Of a stretch of 60,180 nucleotides of DNA, positions 43,777 to 53,753 are shown piece by piece. Each line of letters starts with the position of its first letter. Position 1 is the stretch's first letter. The stretch lies in IMG/VR virus record IMGVR_UViG_3300028840_002990, positions 1-60,180 of that record. One strand, given 5' to 3'. This DNA is from a virus. Its lineage: Duplodnaviria > Caudoviricetes. Made by a program: the position numbers and the translations under genes. Below the pieces are notes generated by a model that searched no databases, had not been told where the DNA came from, and was given only the letters and a program-made list of their open reading frames with translations.

Positions 43777-44595
43777 ATGCGCCAATCCCATGACGTGAAA
43801 GGGGTACAGAAATTCAAAGGGGCTTATTATGGTGGGAAAGCCTTACTTGTACTTGGTGGAAATTCGGCTGAGAATTGGGAGTCTGTCAGGGATGATATAA
43901 ACCCGGATGTGATCTTAGGAGCGAATGGTACTTGTTTCAATATAGACAATCTTGATTTTCACATGGTTACAGAGAATATGCACATGGCGTCAGGCAAGGC
44001 GGTACAGGGAGACAAACGCTATCAGGAAATCATGGGAATCATTACCAATAAGCACAATGCTAAGGTCAGATTGATTTCTTATCTAAGTTGGGATTTGTTG
44101 GATTACAGGACTAAAGAGAAATCCATTTGTATAAAACGGATTGGGGAATTAGGCGATGACTATGAGAGTCAAATGCAAGATTTCTCTTTCAGGGAATACA
44201 AACATGGTTATTTGGCTGGCCCTCTATTTGACCATCCCGGCACATTGACAAGCAAGCGGATAAAATTTAGGGTTGGAACGGTAGCAACCCAATTGTTACA
44301 TCATGCCGGGGTTTTAGGGGTTTCGGAAGTTCATACCGTTGGAATGGATTTTTGTTTCAAAGACCAAAATAAACATCACAACTATAACTATCCTACTTAC
44401 CAACCAGATAGGTTTAGAACTGCCAAAATGTTTACAAAATACAAAGATGTATCAACTATGTGGGATTGGGTACAAGGAGGCCTATGGATGAAAGAAGTTG
44501 TTGAGCCACTTATGGAACGTGACGGACTGAAATGGGTTGATCATTCAAATGGATTATTGAAAGTTATGGGTTTGAGGTGTGCAAATGGTAGATAA
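43777..44595 (+). CDS. Glycosyltransferase-like protein (Maf/DUF115-like)
   Basis: LVLGGNS..LGAN..A..LG.SEV..VGMDF. Confidence 0.55.
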   Translation: MRQSHDVKGVQKFKGAYYGGKALLVLGGNSAENWESVRDDINPDVILGANGTCFNIDNLDFHMVTENMHMASGKAVQGDKRYQEIMGIITNKHNAKVRLISYLSWDLLDYRTKEKSICIKRIGELGDDYESQMQDFSFREYKHGYLAGPLFDHPGTLTSKRIKFRVGTVATQLLHHAGVLGVSEVHTVGMDFCFKDQNKHHNYNYPTYQPDRFRTAKMFTKYKDVSTMWDWVQGGLWMKEVVEPLMERDGLKWVDHSNGLLKVMGLRCANGR

Positions 44596-46474
44596 GGGTG
44601 CAAGCGTAAACCTGAATCAACCCGGCTCGAATGCAAATTTTGAGCTAATCCAATTATGGAAAGATATAGGGAGCGGGTATCATGCTCCTATTTTTGGAAT
44701 AGGTGGCTCCGGGGTTGAAAGTACACAAAATTCTACAAATGATAATTTGGCGGCTGGTGGGGTTTACAACGGTGAAAGTGAGTATGTTTTGCATTATGGG
44801 GAAATTACTATTTCAGTAATTGCAGATGTTATTAGTGCCGCAAATGGTATTGAATGTTTGTTTTCTTTTGATAATGTAGATTGGCATGTAACAGATGAAT
44901 TTGAAATAAATTCAGAAGATTTGGATACGGTAAAAACTTGGAAGATTCAACGGGTTTTGCCATATTTCAAGATACGTTATACAAACGGCGCAAGTCCTAC
45001 AACGCATTTCCATTTGACTGTTATGTATTCAGGGGTTGCCAGTGTTCAATTTTCTCACAGGCTTGATTCTGATTTGTCAGGCGTTGACGATGCGGGGTTG
45101 ATAAAAGCAATCTTAGCCGCTGATAGCGGCGATGGGAAATCGTTTCAAAATATCAGTGTCCAGAATCCTCTACCAATATCACCTTATAGAGTGTTCAAGC
45201 CTGATATTGATAGAGACACAAGCACTTCAACAAATTGGACGGGAGGAACTGTTGTAACCTTGTTTGATGGTTCTGGTGTGTTGGTCAATTCTACGTCAGA
45301 AAACCCGAAAACAATTTTGATTGACCTGAAAAAGGCTATAAGGACGAGCATTTTAGGGATTGGAACAGTTGCAGGGACATCCTTTAGTAACACAAAAATT
45401 ACTGCCATTTTAGGATTTGGGGCAGATGCAATCTCAACAGTTTTGATAGATGAAAGCGGAGATAACACAGATAAAACCCTTCTTGTCCCTGACATTGCTC
45501 CTGTTGAATTTAATCAACTTTTGATCGAGTTCCACACTGCGGATACTTGCGCGTTGGCATACGTGGTAATCGTCAAGGCAATTTCTACTATTTCCAGAAT
45601 TCAGGGGAGTAAACCAGATGGGACGATTGCTGATTTTCAGGCTACAACCGCAGGCAATTTTAAGGTCAGTTTAGAGGAATACGAGACAGGTGTTGTTTTG
45701 CCAGTTTCGCCGGAGGAAGATTATTTCCTAGAGGTGCAGCGCGGAAATCGAACTGGAAAATCTGTCGTCCATAAATTCGGTGGTTCGGCGTCCGTTGTTG
45801 CGACTCTAGTCCCGGTCACAATTTCAAACACTTACAATACCCCTACTGCTCCTGTTGCGCTGGAATTTTTATCAAGTAGTGCGAATGACAATTCTGCCGG
45901 AAGCGGCGCAAGAGAGATAATAGTACAAGGGATACAATCCGCAGTAACGTGGGAACTATCAACGCAAACATTCGCCACAAATGGAGTGACTCCAGTTGCA
46001 ATTGGTTCGTGGTTGCGCATTTTTAGGTGGCTTGTTTCTGAGTCTGGAACTTATGCAACCCCTGCTGCTGGCTCTCATGCTGGAATATTGACCATCCGTG
46101 TCGCTGGTGGGGGAGCTACCTGGACTCGAATACCTATTACCCCGTTTCCGGTTGCACAATCTCAAATATCTGTCTATACTATTCCGAGCGGCAAAACTGG
46201 TTACTTCCGTTCTGCCGATGTTTATGTGGATTCCACTAAAAGTCTGAATGTACTATGTTTTCAACGACCGAATGCAGATGTAGTTACCGCTCCATATTCG
46301 TCTATGAGGCTTGTCAACCAATGGGTGGGTTTGAGCGGAGAAATGCACTACGAACCTGATTATCCAAACGGCCCCTATGTCGGCCCCTGTGATTTTGGAT
46401 TTATGGCTCAAGGATCAGCTGTAGCCTCCGATATTACAATTGACTTTGAACTTGAGCTTATTGATGATGCCTAG
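44579..46474 (+). CDS. Beta-rich putative virion-associated protein
   Basis: 631 aa, Ser/Thr-rich; VHKFG..SSSAND..G.GAR..YTIP.GKTGY motif common in phage structural proteins. Confidence 0.5.
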   Translation: MQMVDKGASVNLNQPGSNANFELIQLWKDIGSGYHAPIFGIGGSGVESTQNSTNDNLAAGGVYNGESEYVLHYGEITISVIADVISAANGIECLFSFDNVDWHVTDEFEINSEDLDTVKTWKIQRVLPYFKIRYTNGASPTTHFHLTVMYSGVASVQFSHRLDSDLSGVDDAGLIKAILAADSGDGKSFQNISVQNPLPISPYRVFKPDIDRDTSTSTNWTGGTVVTLFDGSGVLVNSTSENPKTILIDLKKAIRTSILGIGTVAGTSFSNTKITAILGFGADAISTVLIDESGDNTDKTLLVPDIAPVEFNQLLIEFHTADTCALAYVVIVKAISTISRIQGSKPDGTIADFQATTAGNFKVSLEEYETGVVLPVSPEEDYFLEVQRGNRTGKSVVHKFGGSASVVATLVPVTISNTYNTPTAPVALEFLSSSANDNSAGSGAREIIVQGIQSAVTWELSTQTFATNGVTPVAIGSWLRIFRWLVSESGTYATPAAGSHAGILTIRVAGGGATWTRIPITPFPVAQSQISVYTIPSGKTGYFRSADVYVDSTKSLNVLCFQRPNADVVTAPYSSMRLVNQWVGLSGEMHYEPDYPNGPYVGPCDFGFMAQGSAVASDITIDFELELIDDA

Positions 46475-46495
46475 AAACAGGCTGAGGGTGTTTTT

Positions 46496-47629
46496 ATGGC
46501 GATGAATTGCCGACATTGCAATAGTGATCGGATTATATTTGTCAAGCGAATGAGAAACGTTGATAAATATAATTGCAGGAAATGTAACAGGAATACATTT
46601 TTTCCAATTCCAAAAAATGAGCGGAATCCCCCGCGTACAGGAAGTGGATATAATCGCCGCCGCTACGCTCATATTCCGGTACATATTGCTCCCCCTAATA
46701 GTTTTGTGTGCTTCAATCACCAAGATAAAGGAAATGCTTATGTCCGGGCATTACAGGGAGTAGGCTACAACAAACTTGAAAATAGGGATTTTCAAAAAGG
46801 TCTTGAAATTGTCCTGACAGATAGTGACATCATGGGTCGCAAGGCGGCACTAAATAAAATGAGAAATTTAGGGGCAAAGACAACATTCCTAATCCCCCAT
46901 ACTGCAAGACCCAATCTAGTGAATGATATTGAGGACGGGTGGGAGCATACAACCGCTCAATTTGTAGTTTCGCGGGGCCATAAAGAGATCATGGAAAGTT
47001 ACGGTTTTGATAAACCGATTCATCCGGTAGGCTGGACACTCTGCCAAATTCGTAAATTCAAACCCCGCAAAGAACCAAGAAATGTTTTGTTTGCCCCTAT
47101 CCATCCCCGGTGTAGTAAAGTAGATCAAGATGTGAATGCAGAAACTTTCAAGAGGCTTGAAAAACTTGCCCGGTCAGATGACATTATTCTTACAGTCAGG
47201 TACATAAAAAACTTATGGGATTCTGGATTGAAGCAAGTCAACCATCCAAACATAAGATATGTGCCTGGATATATGGGTCAGGAAGATGCAACTCAATTAC
47301 AACAACTGAATGAGGCTGATGTTTCAGTAGGACATCAAACCTTTGCTTGGAAATCGGTCTCGTATGGTATCCCTACCGTTATGATGGCTGAGAGGTCATT
47401 GCCTACACATATTCAAAAGCGGGGCGGCTCGGTGCAGTATGCCCGGAATTGGAATAAGTATGTTGATTTGCTTGCCTATCCCCTGGACATCCTCGAAACC
47501 GATGACACGCTTGGACTTTTGCGCCGAGCGGTTTCCTCGGATGAAGAAATTAAGGATTGGAGGCGTAGGATGATAGGGTATCCGTTTAGGGCAAAACGTT
47601 TTATAGAGATTGTGAAAAGTTACCTATGA
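46496..47629 (+). CDS. GT-B-like glycosyltransferase with N-terminal Zn ribbon
   Basis: CRHC..CRKC; VLFAP; AD.SV..T.A..GIPTV; paralogue of 48264. Confidence 0.55.
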   Translation: MAMNCRHCNSDRIIFVKRMRNVDKYNCRKCNRNTFFPIPKNERNPPRTGSGYNRRRYAHIPVHIAPPNSFVCFNHQDKGNAYVRALQGVGYNKLENRDFQKGLEIVLTDSDIMGRKAALNKMRNLGAKTTFLIPHTARPNLVNDIEDGWEHTTAQFVVSRGHKEIMESYGFDKPIHPVGWTLCQIRKFKPRKEPRNVLFAPIHPRCSKVDQDVNAETFKRLEKLARSDDIILTVRYIKNLWDSGLKQVNHPNIRYVPGYMGQEDATQLQQLNEADVSVGHQTFAWKSVSYGIPTVMMAERSLPTHIQKRGGSVQYARNWNKYVDLLAYPLDILETDDTLGLLRRAVSSDEEIKDWRRRMIGYPFRAKRFIEIVKSYL

Positions 47630-48267
47630 AAAAAATCGGTGTTATTCCTGCGGCCGGATACGGAAAGCGCTGGGGTTATTATCCTAAGTTCTTGTTACCG
47701 TGTGGTGATAAGAACTGGTTATTGAACCATAGCATTGAATTGTTTCCATGTGATGAAATTGTTATTACTGTCAGTGATCAAACGAGGCATGATATTTGTA
47801 GTCATATCACTAGGAGCAGCATTACAAAAAACTTTTCTATTTTGGATAATACTCATATGGAGCTTGACTTTTGGGGTTCTATGCTTGCGGCTCTTGAGGT
47901 CGAAGCGGATTATTATTATTTCACAATGCCTGATACTTATTGCCCCAAAGGGATATTTGAGCAGATGCCAGAAACAGGGTTTTCTTTGGGGGTTTTTCAA
48001 ACTGACAAATCAGAGAGATTCGGAATGTTACGGGATGGGGTTGTGATCAACAAACAAATGGGTGAGCCTGGGCTTGCTTGGGGGATGCTCGGATGGGATA
48101 AAAAAGTTCGTGACCTATGGCGTGTTTCTGCACTCGAAACTTATACAGATGCAATCAATCTAGCTTTACAGGAATTTTCAAGTACACAAATTGAAATGGA
48201 ATATTATTATGATATGGCTACCTGGATTGATTATATAAAGTTCATTGAACAAAGGTTTTTGCAATGA
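47626..48267 (+). CDS. Sugar-phosphate nucleotidyltransferase
   Basis: GVIPAAG.G.RW..PK.LLP; MPDT; YYDM. Confidence 0.82.
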   Translation: MKKIGVIPAAGYGKRWGYYPKFLLPCGDKNWLLNHSIELFPCDEIVITVSDQTRHDICSHITRSSITKNFSILDNTHMELDFWGSMLAALEVEADYYYFTMPDTYCPKGIFEQMPETGFSLGVFQTDKSERFGMLRDGVVINKQMGEPGLAWGMLGWDKKVRDLWRVSALETYTDAINLALQEFSSTQIEMEYYYDMATWIDYIKFIEQRFLQ

Positions 48268-49178
48268 GTAAAAAATTTGCGGTATCACAAAACAAAGACG
48301 CGGCAAATACTTTTGTCTATGCTTTACGTGTTGCGGGGTATGAATACACAAAGCGATTGAAGGATGCTGATTTTCTTCTCTTTGACCATGAAAGCAGAGG
48401 CAGGCGAAGGGTTACAAAAGAAAAATTTTTAGAAAAACACAAAGGGTTTATCTATCCTCATACGCCCCTTACCTATTGGTTGTGGGATGGGGTATACAAC
48501 CCCTTGCCCGTTGCTTGTAATTTTGTTTCTGCTCCCGGTGCGAAATTGTCAATGGAGAGTTACGGATACCCCTACCCCATTGAAGTAGTTGGGTTTCCGC
48601 GTTGTGAAGTTTTACCCTTTCAAAAAACAGACGGGAAACGATTGTTGTTTGTTCCCGCAAGACCCCGAAAAGATAAAGGTCGTCAGGAGATTTTAGATAA
48701 TCAGGCGTTATCTTTTGTACGGGAATATGCAAGTTATTTTGAGTCCGTGACCATATGTAGATTAGATGGACAATTCCCCAACTTGAAGGATGGGGATTTT
48801 GGAATGCGGGTTATCACCACGAATCCGAGGCAATCAAAAAATCCTGCTCAAGAAATGATTGAACGGATTGATAAATCTTCTCTGGTTATATCTACGACAA
48901 CCCCCGCCGCTCTTGCGGTTGCGAGGGGGAAACCCACTGTATTTTATGGAGAAACATCTATACCGGAAACTATTACAGGCTTGCCGCCCAAAAGCTACAA
49001 ACTATATAAAGATATTCACAGGTTTCCGGTTACACTTGAGAGTATGAGCATCGTGGATGTTTTGGGCCAATGCAAGTATACAAATCCATCCGTTGAGAAG
49101 TGGAAGGAGGATAATATTGGAAAAAATTTTGACAAGGAAAGATTTTTGAATGTGATCAAGAATCACGTTGAGTCGTGA
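48264..49178 (+). CDS. GT-B-like glycosyltransferase
   Basis: YPH, VVGFPR, LLFVP, LVIS..T.A.LAVARGKPTVF. Confidence 0.6.
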   Translation: MSKKFAVSQNKDAANTFVYALRVAGYEYTKRLKDADFLLFDHESRGRRRVTKEKFLEKHKGFIYPHTPLTYWLWDGVYNPLPVACNFVSAPGAKLSMESYGYPYPIEVVGFPRCEVLPFQKTDGKRLLFVPARPRKDKGRQEILDNQALSFVREYASYFESVTICRLDGQFPNLKDGDFGMRVITTNPRQSKNPAQEMIERIDKSSLVISTTTPAALAVARGKPTVFYGETSIPETITGLPPKSYKLYKDIHRFPVTLESMSIVDVLGQCKYTNPSVEKWKEDNIGKNFDKERFLNVIKNHVES

Positions 49179-49216
49179 TTCTTTGGTACAATGAAGAAAT
49201 AGAAAAGGAGTCAAAC

Positions 49217-49597
49217 ATGAAATATCTAGCCCCTGTTATCATTGTAGCCCTCGTTGTGCTTTTGCCCGCTGTTGGCGGTACTGTTGGGATGGGTTTTGTA
49301 GACCTGCCCGAACCTGTTGAAACAGGTATTACCGCTGTTGTAGTATGGGCAATTAGTTGGGTTTTCGTCCAGTTGATTACCCTCGTGCCGTTTTTGAAGT
49401 TTCTCGATCAATTCAAAATGCCTTTGGCAATGGCTATTTCTGCTCAATTGATCTCTCTAATTGAAAATCTTGTCCCTGATGCCTTTGGAGGCGTTGCTAT
49501 TTCCGGCATAGTATTTGTGTTGGCGGTGCTTGCCTTGTTTGGTGTCGGTGGGAAATTGGCAGAAAACAACGCTCCCGGTTTCCGGGCGCGAAAGTGA
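49217..49597 (+). CDS. Four-TM membrane protein (possible holin)
   Basis: AAGGAG RBS; hydrophobic; last gene of the late operon. Confidence 0.65.
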   Translation: MKYLAPVIIVALVVLLPAVGGTVGMGFVDLPEPVETGITAVVVWAISWVFVQLITLVPFLKFLDQFKMPLAMAISAQLISLIENLVPDAFGGVAISGIVFVLAVLALFGVGGKLAENNAPGFRARK

Positions 49598-49623
49598 TCA
49601 AGAGTCGAAGTTCGACATTGAAG

Positions 49624-49658
49624 AAATCCCCGTCAATCAGGCGGGGATTTTGATTTTT
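49624..49658. terminator. Bidirectional intrinsic terminator
   Basis: AAATCCCCGTC-AATCA-GGCGGGGATTT then T-rich, between convergent operons. Confidence 0.8.
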
Positions 49659-49790
49659 AGAGTAAAAACGCACAGGAGCGTTTCTAACGCGAAAAACCGG
49701 GGTTTGGCATATAGGAACTGCTTTATACTCTCCCTCTTGAATTTACCTATGCCCTGTCGTGCCTGTATAGCGTCTAGGTTGTTTTGTCAA

Positions 49791-50051
49791 CTAAAATCCC
49801 CCGCCGAAAACAAACCACAGGAAAAAGAAAAGCAGGGTTGCGGCTATTCCTGAAAAGAAACCAATGAAAAACCAAGAGGCTTTTATTATTCTCTGTCCTT
49901 TTGCATATGCCCTAGATAGCTCATGAAATTTTTCTTTATAGGATTCTATTTCAGCATATTCCTCACTGGTTACAAATTCTGTATTGTTGCACACTATACA
50001 CTTAGTTACCTTGTCAGAAACTTTTGTGTTACATTGTCCACAGTATTTCAT
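49791..50051 (-). CDS. Zn-ribbon protein with C-terminal TM
   Basis: CGQC..CIVC; GGAGG RBS. Confidence 0.65.
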   Translation of the reverse strand: MKYCGQCNTKVSDKVTKCIVCNNTEFVTSEEYAEIESYKEKFHELSRAYAKGQRIIKASWFFIGFFSGIAATLLFFFLWFVFGGGF

Positions 50052-50581
50052 AGTTCCTCCATACAATATTCACAATCGCAACATATTAGATTTACATGCC
50101 CCTTTGCCCGGTCAATATCTGTCAGATTTAGTTCTCTTGCTCTTTCCAAAGTGATTGATTTCCGAGGCCCAAATCCGGGGATAGGCCATTGCATGACAAG
50201 AGCCTCGTTATCATGCCTGACCCAAACTACAAAACTGAGCGCATGAATCGCGTGTTTGTTCAAATAGTCAATTTGATGTTTCCCATGCTTGGTCATAATT
50301 CCCCAAGTGAGGTTTTCGTCAACGCTGGAAGTCTTGACCTCCGCGCGAATTGCGACTCCATCTGTCCTGTGCCCCATAATATCCCCGGTTGCCTTTTTTT
50401 TGAAAAAGCCTCTTACCTTGCCCCCACTGGAAATACTAACTACAGAAAACGGGGTAGGGATTTCTTCGGGCATACATACGCCAATTTCAGCGAGTTTTAT
50501 CCTCGCTATTTCTTCCCCTTTGTTTCCGCGTCTTTTATTGCTCATATTTATTGCCGATTTCAGACCAATATTTGTTAGCAT
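50048..50581 (-). CDS. RecU-like Holliday junction resolvase (PD-(D/E)xK)
   Basis: RG..GE, PTP, K.TGD..G, EVKT, HQ..YL. Confidence 0.72.
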   Translation of the reverse strand: MLTNIGLKSAINMSNKRRGNKGEEIARIKLAEIGVCMPEEIPTPFSVVSISSGGKVRGFFKKKATGDIMGHRTDGVAIRAEVKTSSVDENLTWGIMTKHGKHQIDYLNKHAIHALSFVVWVRHDNEALVMQWPIPGFGPRKSITLERARELNLTDIDRAKGHVNLICCDCEYCMEEL

Positions 50582-50771
50582 AGTGGGTGATTGCGTAGCA
50601 GATCAAAATTATCAATAGACCCATGCCGCAACATATATATGCAACTCTGCCTAAAATTTCTCCCATTTTTACCTCACAATCGTCCAAGAAAAAACAAAAT
50701 TGCGAACGACAACCATATAACAGTTGCGAGGGCTATCAACAAAAGCAAACAGGGGATTTTGTCTTTGTGCA

Positions 50772-51416
50772 TCATTGTTGTTTTTTATTGCCTCTTGCGC
50801 CCTCAAATAAATCTACCGCAAGCGGTTTATTGAGAGGGTTTTTTCTACACTTGCCCTCATGACTGTTTGTTGCGTTGATCGCTCCGCGTTCGGTCTGATA
50901 TTGGTCAGACCAACCACAACCGAATCGGCATTCGGTTTTATGTTTGGTCGGTTTGGTCGGTTTCGGTGTGCTTTCGGTCTGCTTCGGTTTTGTTTCGCTT
51001 TTCAACGAAAAAAGCGATTTCCCAGCGACAACCGCCGCAAATACAATAGACAGATCGGGCAAAGACGCCCATGCTACAGCCACAGTAATTGCGACCCATG
51101 ACTCCAAAATTGTTTCGGACAATTCAATCCATAATGCAGGCGCAACCGCAACGGGCGATAGGCACAAAGCTAATGCCATTGCCCCATAACCTAAATACCT
51201 GCGCCTCGGAGATTGGATAGCTGATACCCTAGACGACCCAAAGGCTAGAGATAGGGAGGGGATAATACCCGCGACTGCGCCCATGTACCATCGCTGAAAA
51301 TATATATCCCCCGCAACACTAAATAATACAGCTTGCACAATCCCCGCCACGATTGGGAGATAGTCGCCATTTAGTTTTATTTTCATCTTTTTTCCATTCT
51401 CTAGTTGTCTAGTCAA
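50772..51416 (-). CDS. Polytopic membrane protein with C-terminal Zn finger
   Basis: Four TM segments; CRFGC..H...C. Confidence 0.7.
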   Translation of the reverse strand: MTRQLENGKKMKIKLNGDYLPIVAGIVQAVLFSVAGDIYFQRWYMGAVAGIIPSLSLAFGSSRVSAIQSPRRRYLGYGAMALALCLSPVAVAPALWIELSETILESWVAITVAVAWASLPDLSIVFAAVVAGKSLFSLKSETKPKQTESTPKPTKPTKHKTECRFGCGWSDQYQTERGAINATNSHEGKCRKNPLNKPLAVDLFEGARGNKKQQ

Positions 51417-52561
51417 TTGATTACTATGCCTGATATTACAGGAGACTCAGTGTCGTCAACCTCCTCCCCACCGTCATCTACCCTATGATTCGCGCTCATA
51501 TGAGTGAATTGATCGGGGAAAATTGCATTTTCTGGAAATACAATCGTTATGGGGAAGTGGGTTGGTTTTGTTCTTTTTATGTAGCCACAAAACCATTTCC
51601 CTATTTCTGTTATATGATAAAGGCCGTTTTCGTCAACGATTGCAAAGCCATTATCAATCAAGAAATTCTCACGGAAGAAAACAAAAACATCACGGCTCCA
51701 AAGTGTTTTTGAGTCATCTGCTCCCTCCCATTTGTTTATGCCTAATGTCTCCCCGCTAACAACAATCCTTTCGCAGAATTCATAGAGTTGATCGAGGCTA
51801 CAAAACGCAATCCCCGCCCAAATGCGTGTACCATGACAGAAGTCAAACTCAATCCCGTTTTTCCCTTTTTCTTTTTGCGAGGTTTCGTAATATTTGTCAA
51901 ACGTGTTTGCTGTCTTCGATTCTGCTGGTGCTTGTTCCCTGTAAATGCGACTTGCTCTGACAACTATCCACAGAAATGCGATAACTACAATAATTGCAAT
52001 CCCAAAAACAATCATTGCGATATTTCCAATATAAGATATTCTATCTGCCATTTCAGTGGCTTCTTTGGTTTGGGTTGCCGCGATTCTCATGGCTTCATCC
52101 TGTGCGATTGCAAGCGCAACCTGAGCTTCCCTGTCTTTTTGCGCCATGACTGCCGGGAAAGCGGTAGCAGTCAGGTCAAGACGCCTTTGCTCTAGTGCGA
52201 GTTTTTCCATTTCCCTATCATGCGCATCCTGTTCAACCTGGGCGGTTGCATCAATGTGCATTGCCTCTAATGCGTTGGTAGTTCCAACTGCATTGTTCGC
52301 TTTTTCGCGCTCTATATTGGCCTGTGCCTGTGCTTCATTGGCCTGACTCTCCCATGCCTGAGCGGTCAATTCGTAGCCGATTGTAGCCGTAGGAATGGGG
52401 GTATGCGTTGGCTTTGCCCTGGTTGGTTCTGGCGAATGTTGTACTGTTACGGTTGACTGCTCTGCAATTGCGCTGGTAGTTGGTAGCTCAATATCTGAGC
52501 AGGCGCGATAACCAAAAACCAAAGCAATTGCAAGTACAACAGAGATAACCACTTTTTTCAT
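51413..52561 (-). CDS. Bitopic membrane protein with coiled coil
   Basis: Signal/TM, Pro/Thr linker, TATA repeats, second TM. Confidence 0.7.
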   Translation of the reverse strand: MKKVVISVVLAIALVFGYRACSDIELPTTSAIAEQSTVTVQHSPEPTRAKPTHTPIPTATIGYELTAQAWESQANEAQAQANIEREKANNAVGTTNALEAMHIDATAQVEQDAHDREMEKLALEQRRLDLTATAFPAVMAQKDREAQVALAIAQDEAMRIAATQTKEATEMADRISYIGNIAMIVFGIAIIVVIAFLWIVVRASRIYREQAPAESKTANTFDKYYETSQKEKGKNGIEFDFCHGTRIWAGIAFCSLDQLYEFCERIVVSGETLGINKWEGADDSKTLWSRDVFVFFRENFLIDNGFAIVDENGLYHITEIGKWFCGYIKRTKPTHFPITIVFPENAIFPDQFTHMSANHRVDDGGEEVDDTESPVISGIVIN

Positions 52562-52818
52562 AGCTCACCGTTCCCGACCAAAACCAGCCAGTACAATCCC
52601 GCGAAGATCAAATGGACAAGACCTGACAGGACGAAAAACAAAAACCCTATCAATGCGCCTCCCACAACCATAGTCAGATCGGTTGTCTCTGGATATAGAT
52701 ACATCCATGCAAACGGATAAAGGCAAGAAGCCCAAAATATTCCCAACGCAATTATCATAAGATACCGAAATAATTTTGACCTATGATAGACCTGCTCTAT
52801 AAATCTAGTGTTGCTCAT
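52558..52818 (-). CDS. Two-TM membrane protein
   Basis: ATGA overlaps; hydrophobic. Confidence 0.65.
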   Translation of the reverse strand: MSNTRFIEQVYHRSKLFRYLMIIALGIFWASCLYPFAWMYLYPETTDLTMVVGGALIGFLFFVLSGLVHLIFAGLYWLVLVGNGEL

Positions 52819-53264
52819 TTTCGCTTCCGTGTTTTTATGGGGGGAGGTGAGTGTGTTTTTGTGAACAAAGAAAACAGGTTGCTTGCAGAGGGTGGAGTTA
52901 GATCAAAAAAGTTATCCTCTACCGATATGACCTCTCCGCCCTGAACAACTACATCCGTTTTATACAGTTGTTCGTTTTCTCCCTCCGCTGGCCTGCGGGA
53001 ATTGATTTCGTCTATTGCCTGATTGCAATCTTCAACCGTGATTTCTCCTGACCTGATAAACTGGTTTGGGTGCGCGAACGAAGTCCCAACTGAGGCGCGG
53101 GTTTCTTCATCGTCCCAAAAATATGAGATCGTGAATGGCTTGCTTTTCGTTGGCGATGAATTGATTTCTTGGAATATCGAAATAAGTAATTGCAGGAAAA
53201 CTAAAATCACGACCGAAAGACCGATGATTATTGCCCCTAATTCGCTAATCTCGTTTATGTTCAT
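52815..53264 (-). CDS. Single-TM membrane protein
   Basis: N-terminal TM; coupled. Confidence 0.65.
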   Translation of the reverse strand: MNINEISELGAIIIGLSVVILVFLQLLISIFQEINSSPTKSKPFTISYFWDDEETRASVGTSFAHPNQFIRSGEITVEDCNQAIDEINSRRPAEGENEQLYKTDVVVQGGEVISVEDNFFDLTPPSASNLFSLFTKTHSPPPIKTRKRK

Positions 53265-53497
53265 TTTTCCTCTACTGGCTCAATTATTTCGTACCGGGTG
53301 GTTTTCCCGTCATCCCTTACTCTGACCATTCCTCGTTTTATCATCCTGGGAAGCAGGTTCAAAACAGACCCATGCGATTTATATCGCGCCGTTTCTGCCA
53401 TTAGATTCAGGGTCATCCTCGGCATAAGGCTTTGCTGTTTTTGATACCAAATGCGTTGAAGTTCTTTTAGATCGTCCTCGGTTTTTTTTGTAGGCAT
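53261..53497 (-). CDS. LexA-like winged-HTH regulator (DNA-binding domain only)
   Basis: T...MA....YKS..SV..LL..M...G.V; first gene of the leftward operon. Confidence 0.6.
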   Translation of the reverse strand: MPTKKTEDDLKELQRIWYQKQQSLMPRMTLNLMAETARYKSHGSVLNLLPRMIKRGMVRVRDDGKTTRYEIIEPVEEK

Positions 53498-53503
53498 ATT
53501 CCC

Positions 53504-53531
53504 ATTATACGGTTTTGACAGATGTTGTCAA
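53504..53531 (-). promoter_or_regulatory. Leftward promoter with palindromic operator
   Basis: Minus-strand TTGACA-16-TATAAT; TTGACA-N5-TGTCAA palindrome at 53515-53531. Confidence 0.7.
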
Positions 53532-53552
53532 TACCCAATTTTGGAAAATATC

Positions 53553-53581
53553 TTGACAGGCGGGGAATGTTGCGCTAAACT
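53553..53581 (+). promoter_or_regulatory. Promoter of candidate small RNA
   Basis: TTGACA-17-TAAACT. Confidence 0.7.
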
Positions 53582-53586
53582 GTATG

Positions 53587-53655
53587 CAGATGGTCAGGGT
53601 GACTCCCTCATCCTGATTAGCCCCGAAGCCCTCCTAGCTTTGGGGCTGGTTTTTA
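53587..53655 (+). ncRNA. Candidate ~68 nt two-hairpin small RNA with anti-SD loops
   Basis: TCAGGGTGA-CTCCC-TCATCCTGA; AGCCCCGAAGC-CCTCCTA-GCTTTGGGGCT then T-tract. Confidence 0.6.
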
Positions 53656-53683
53656 TCTAATGGTATTATTACAATAAATACTC

Positions 53684-53744
53684 TTGACAAATAAAAGATA
53701 ATCCCTTATACTTCTCTTATCGAAACCATCCAATATAATAGGAG
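53684..53744 (+). promoter_or_regulatory. Sigma70-type promoter with conserved leader
   Basis: TTGACA-17-TATACT; AAACCATCCA; TAGGAG. Confidence 0.78.
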
Positions 53745-53753
53745 ATATTGAGA

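Noticed and set aside
53587-53655. tRNA genes here or at 22894 and 54860
   Set aside because: No cloverleaf, T-loop GTTC consensus or acceptor stem.
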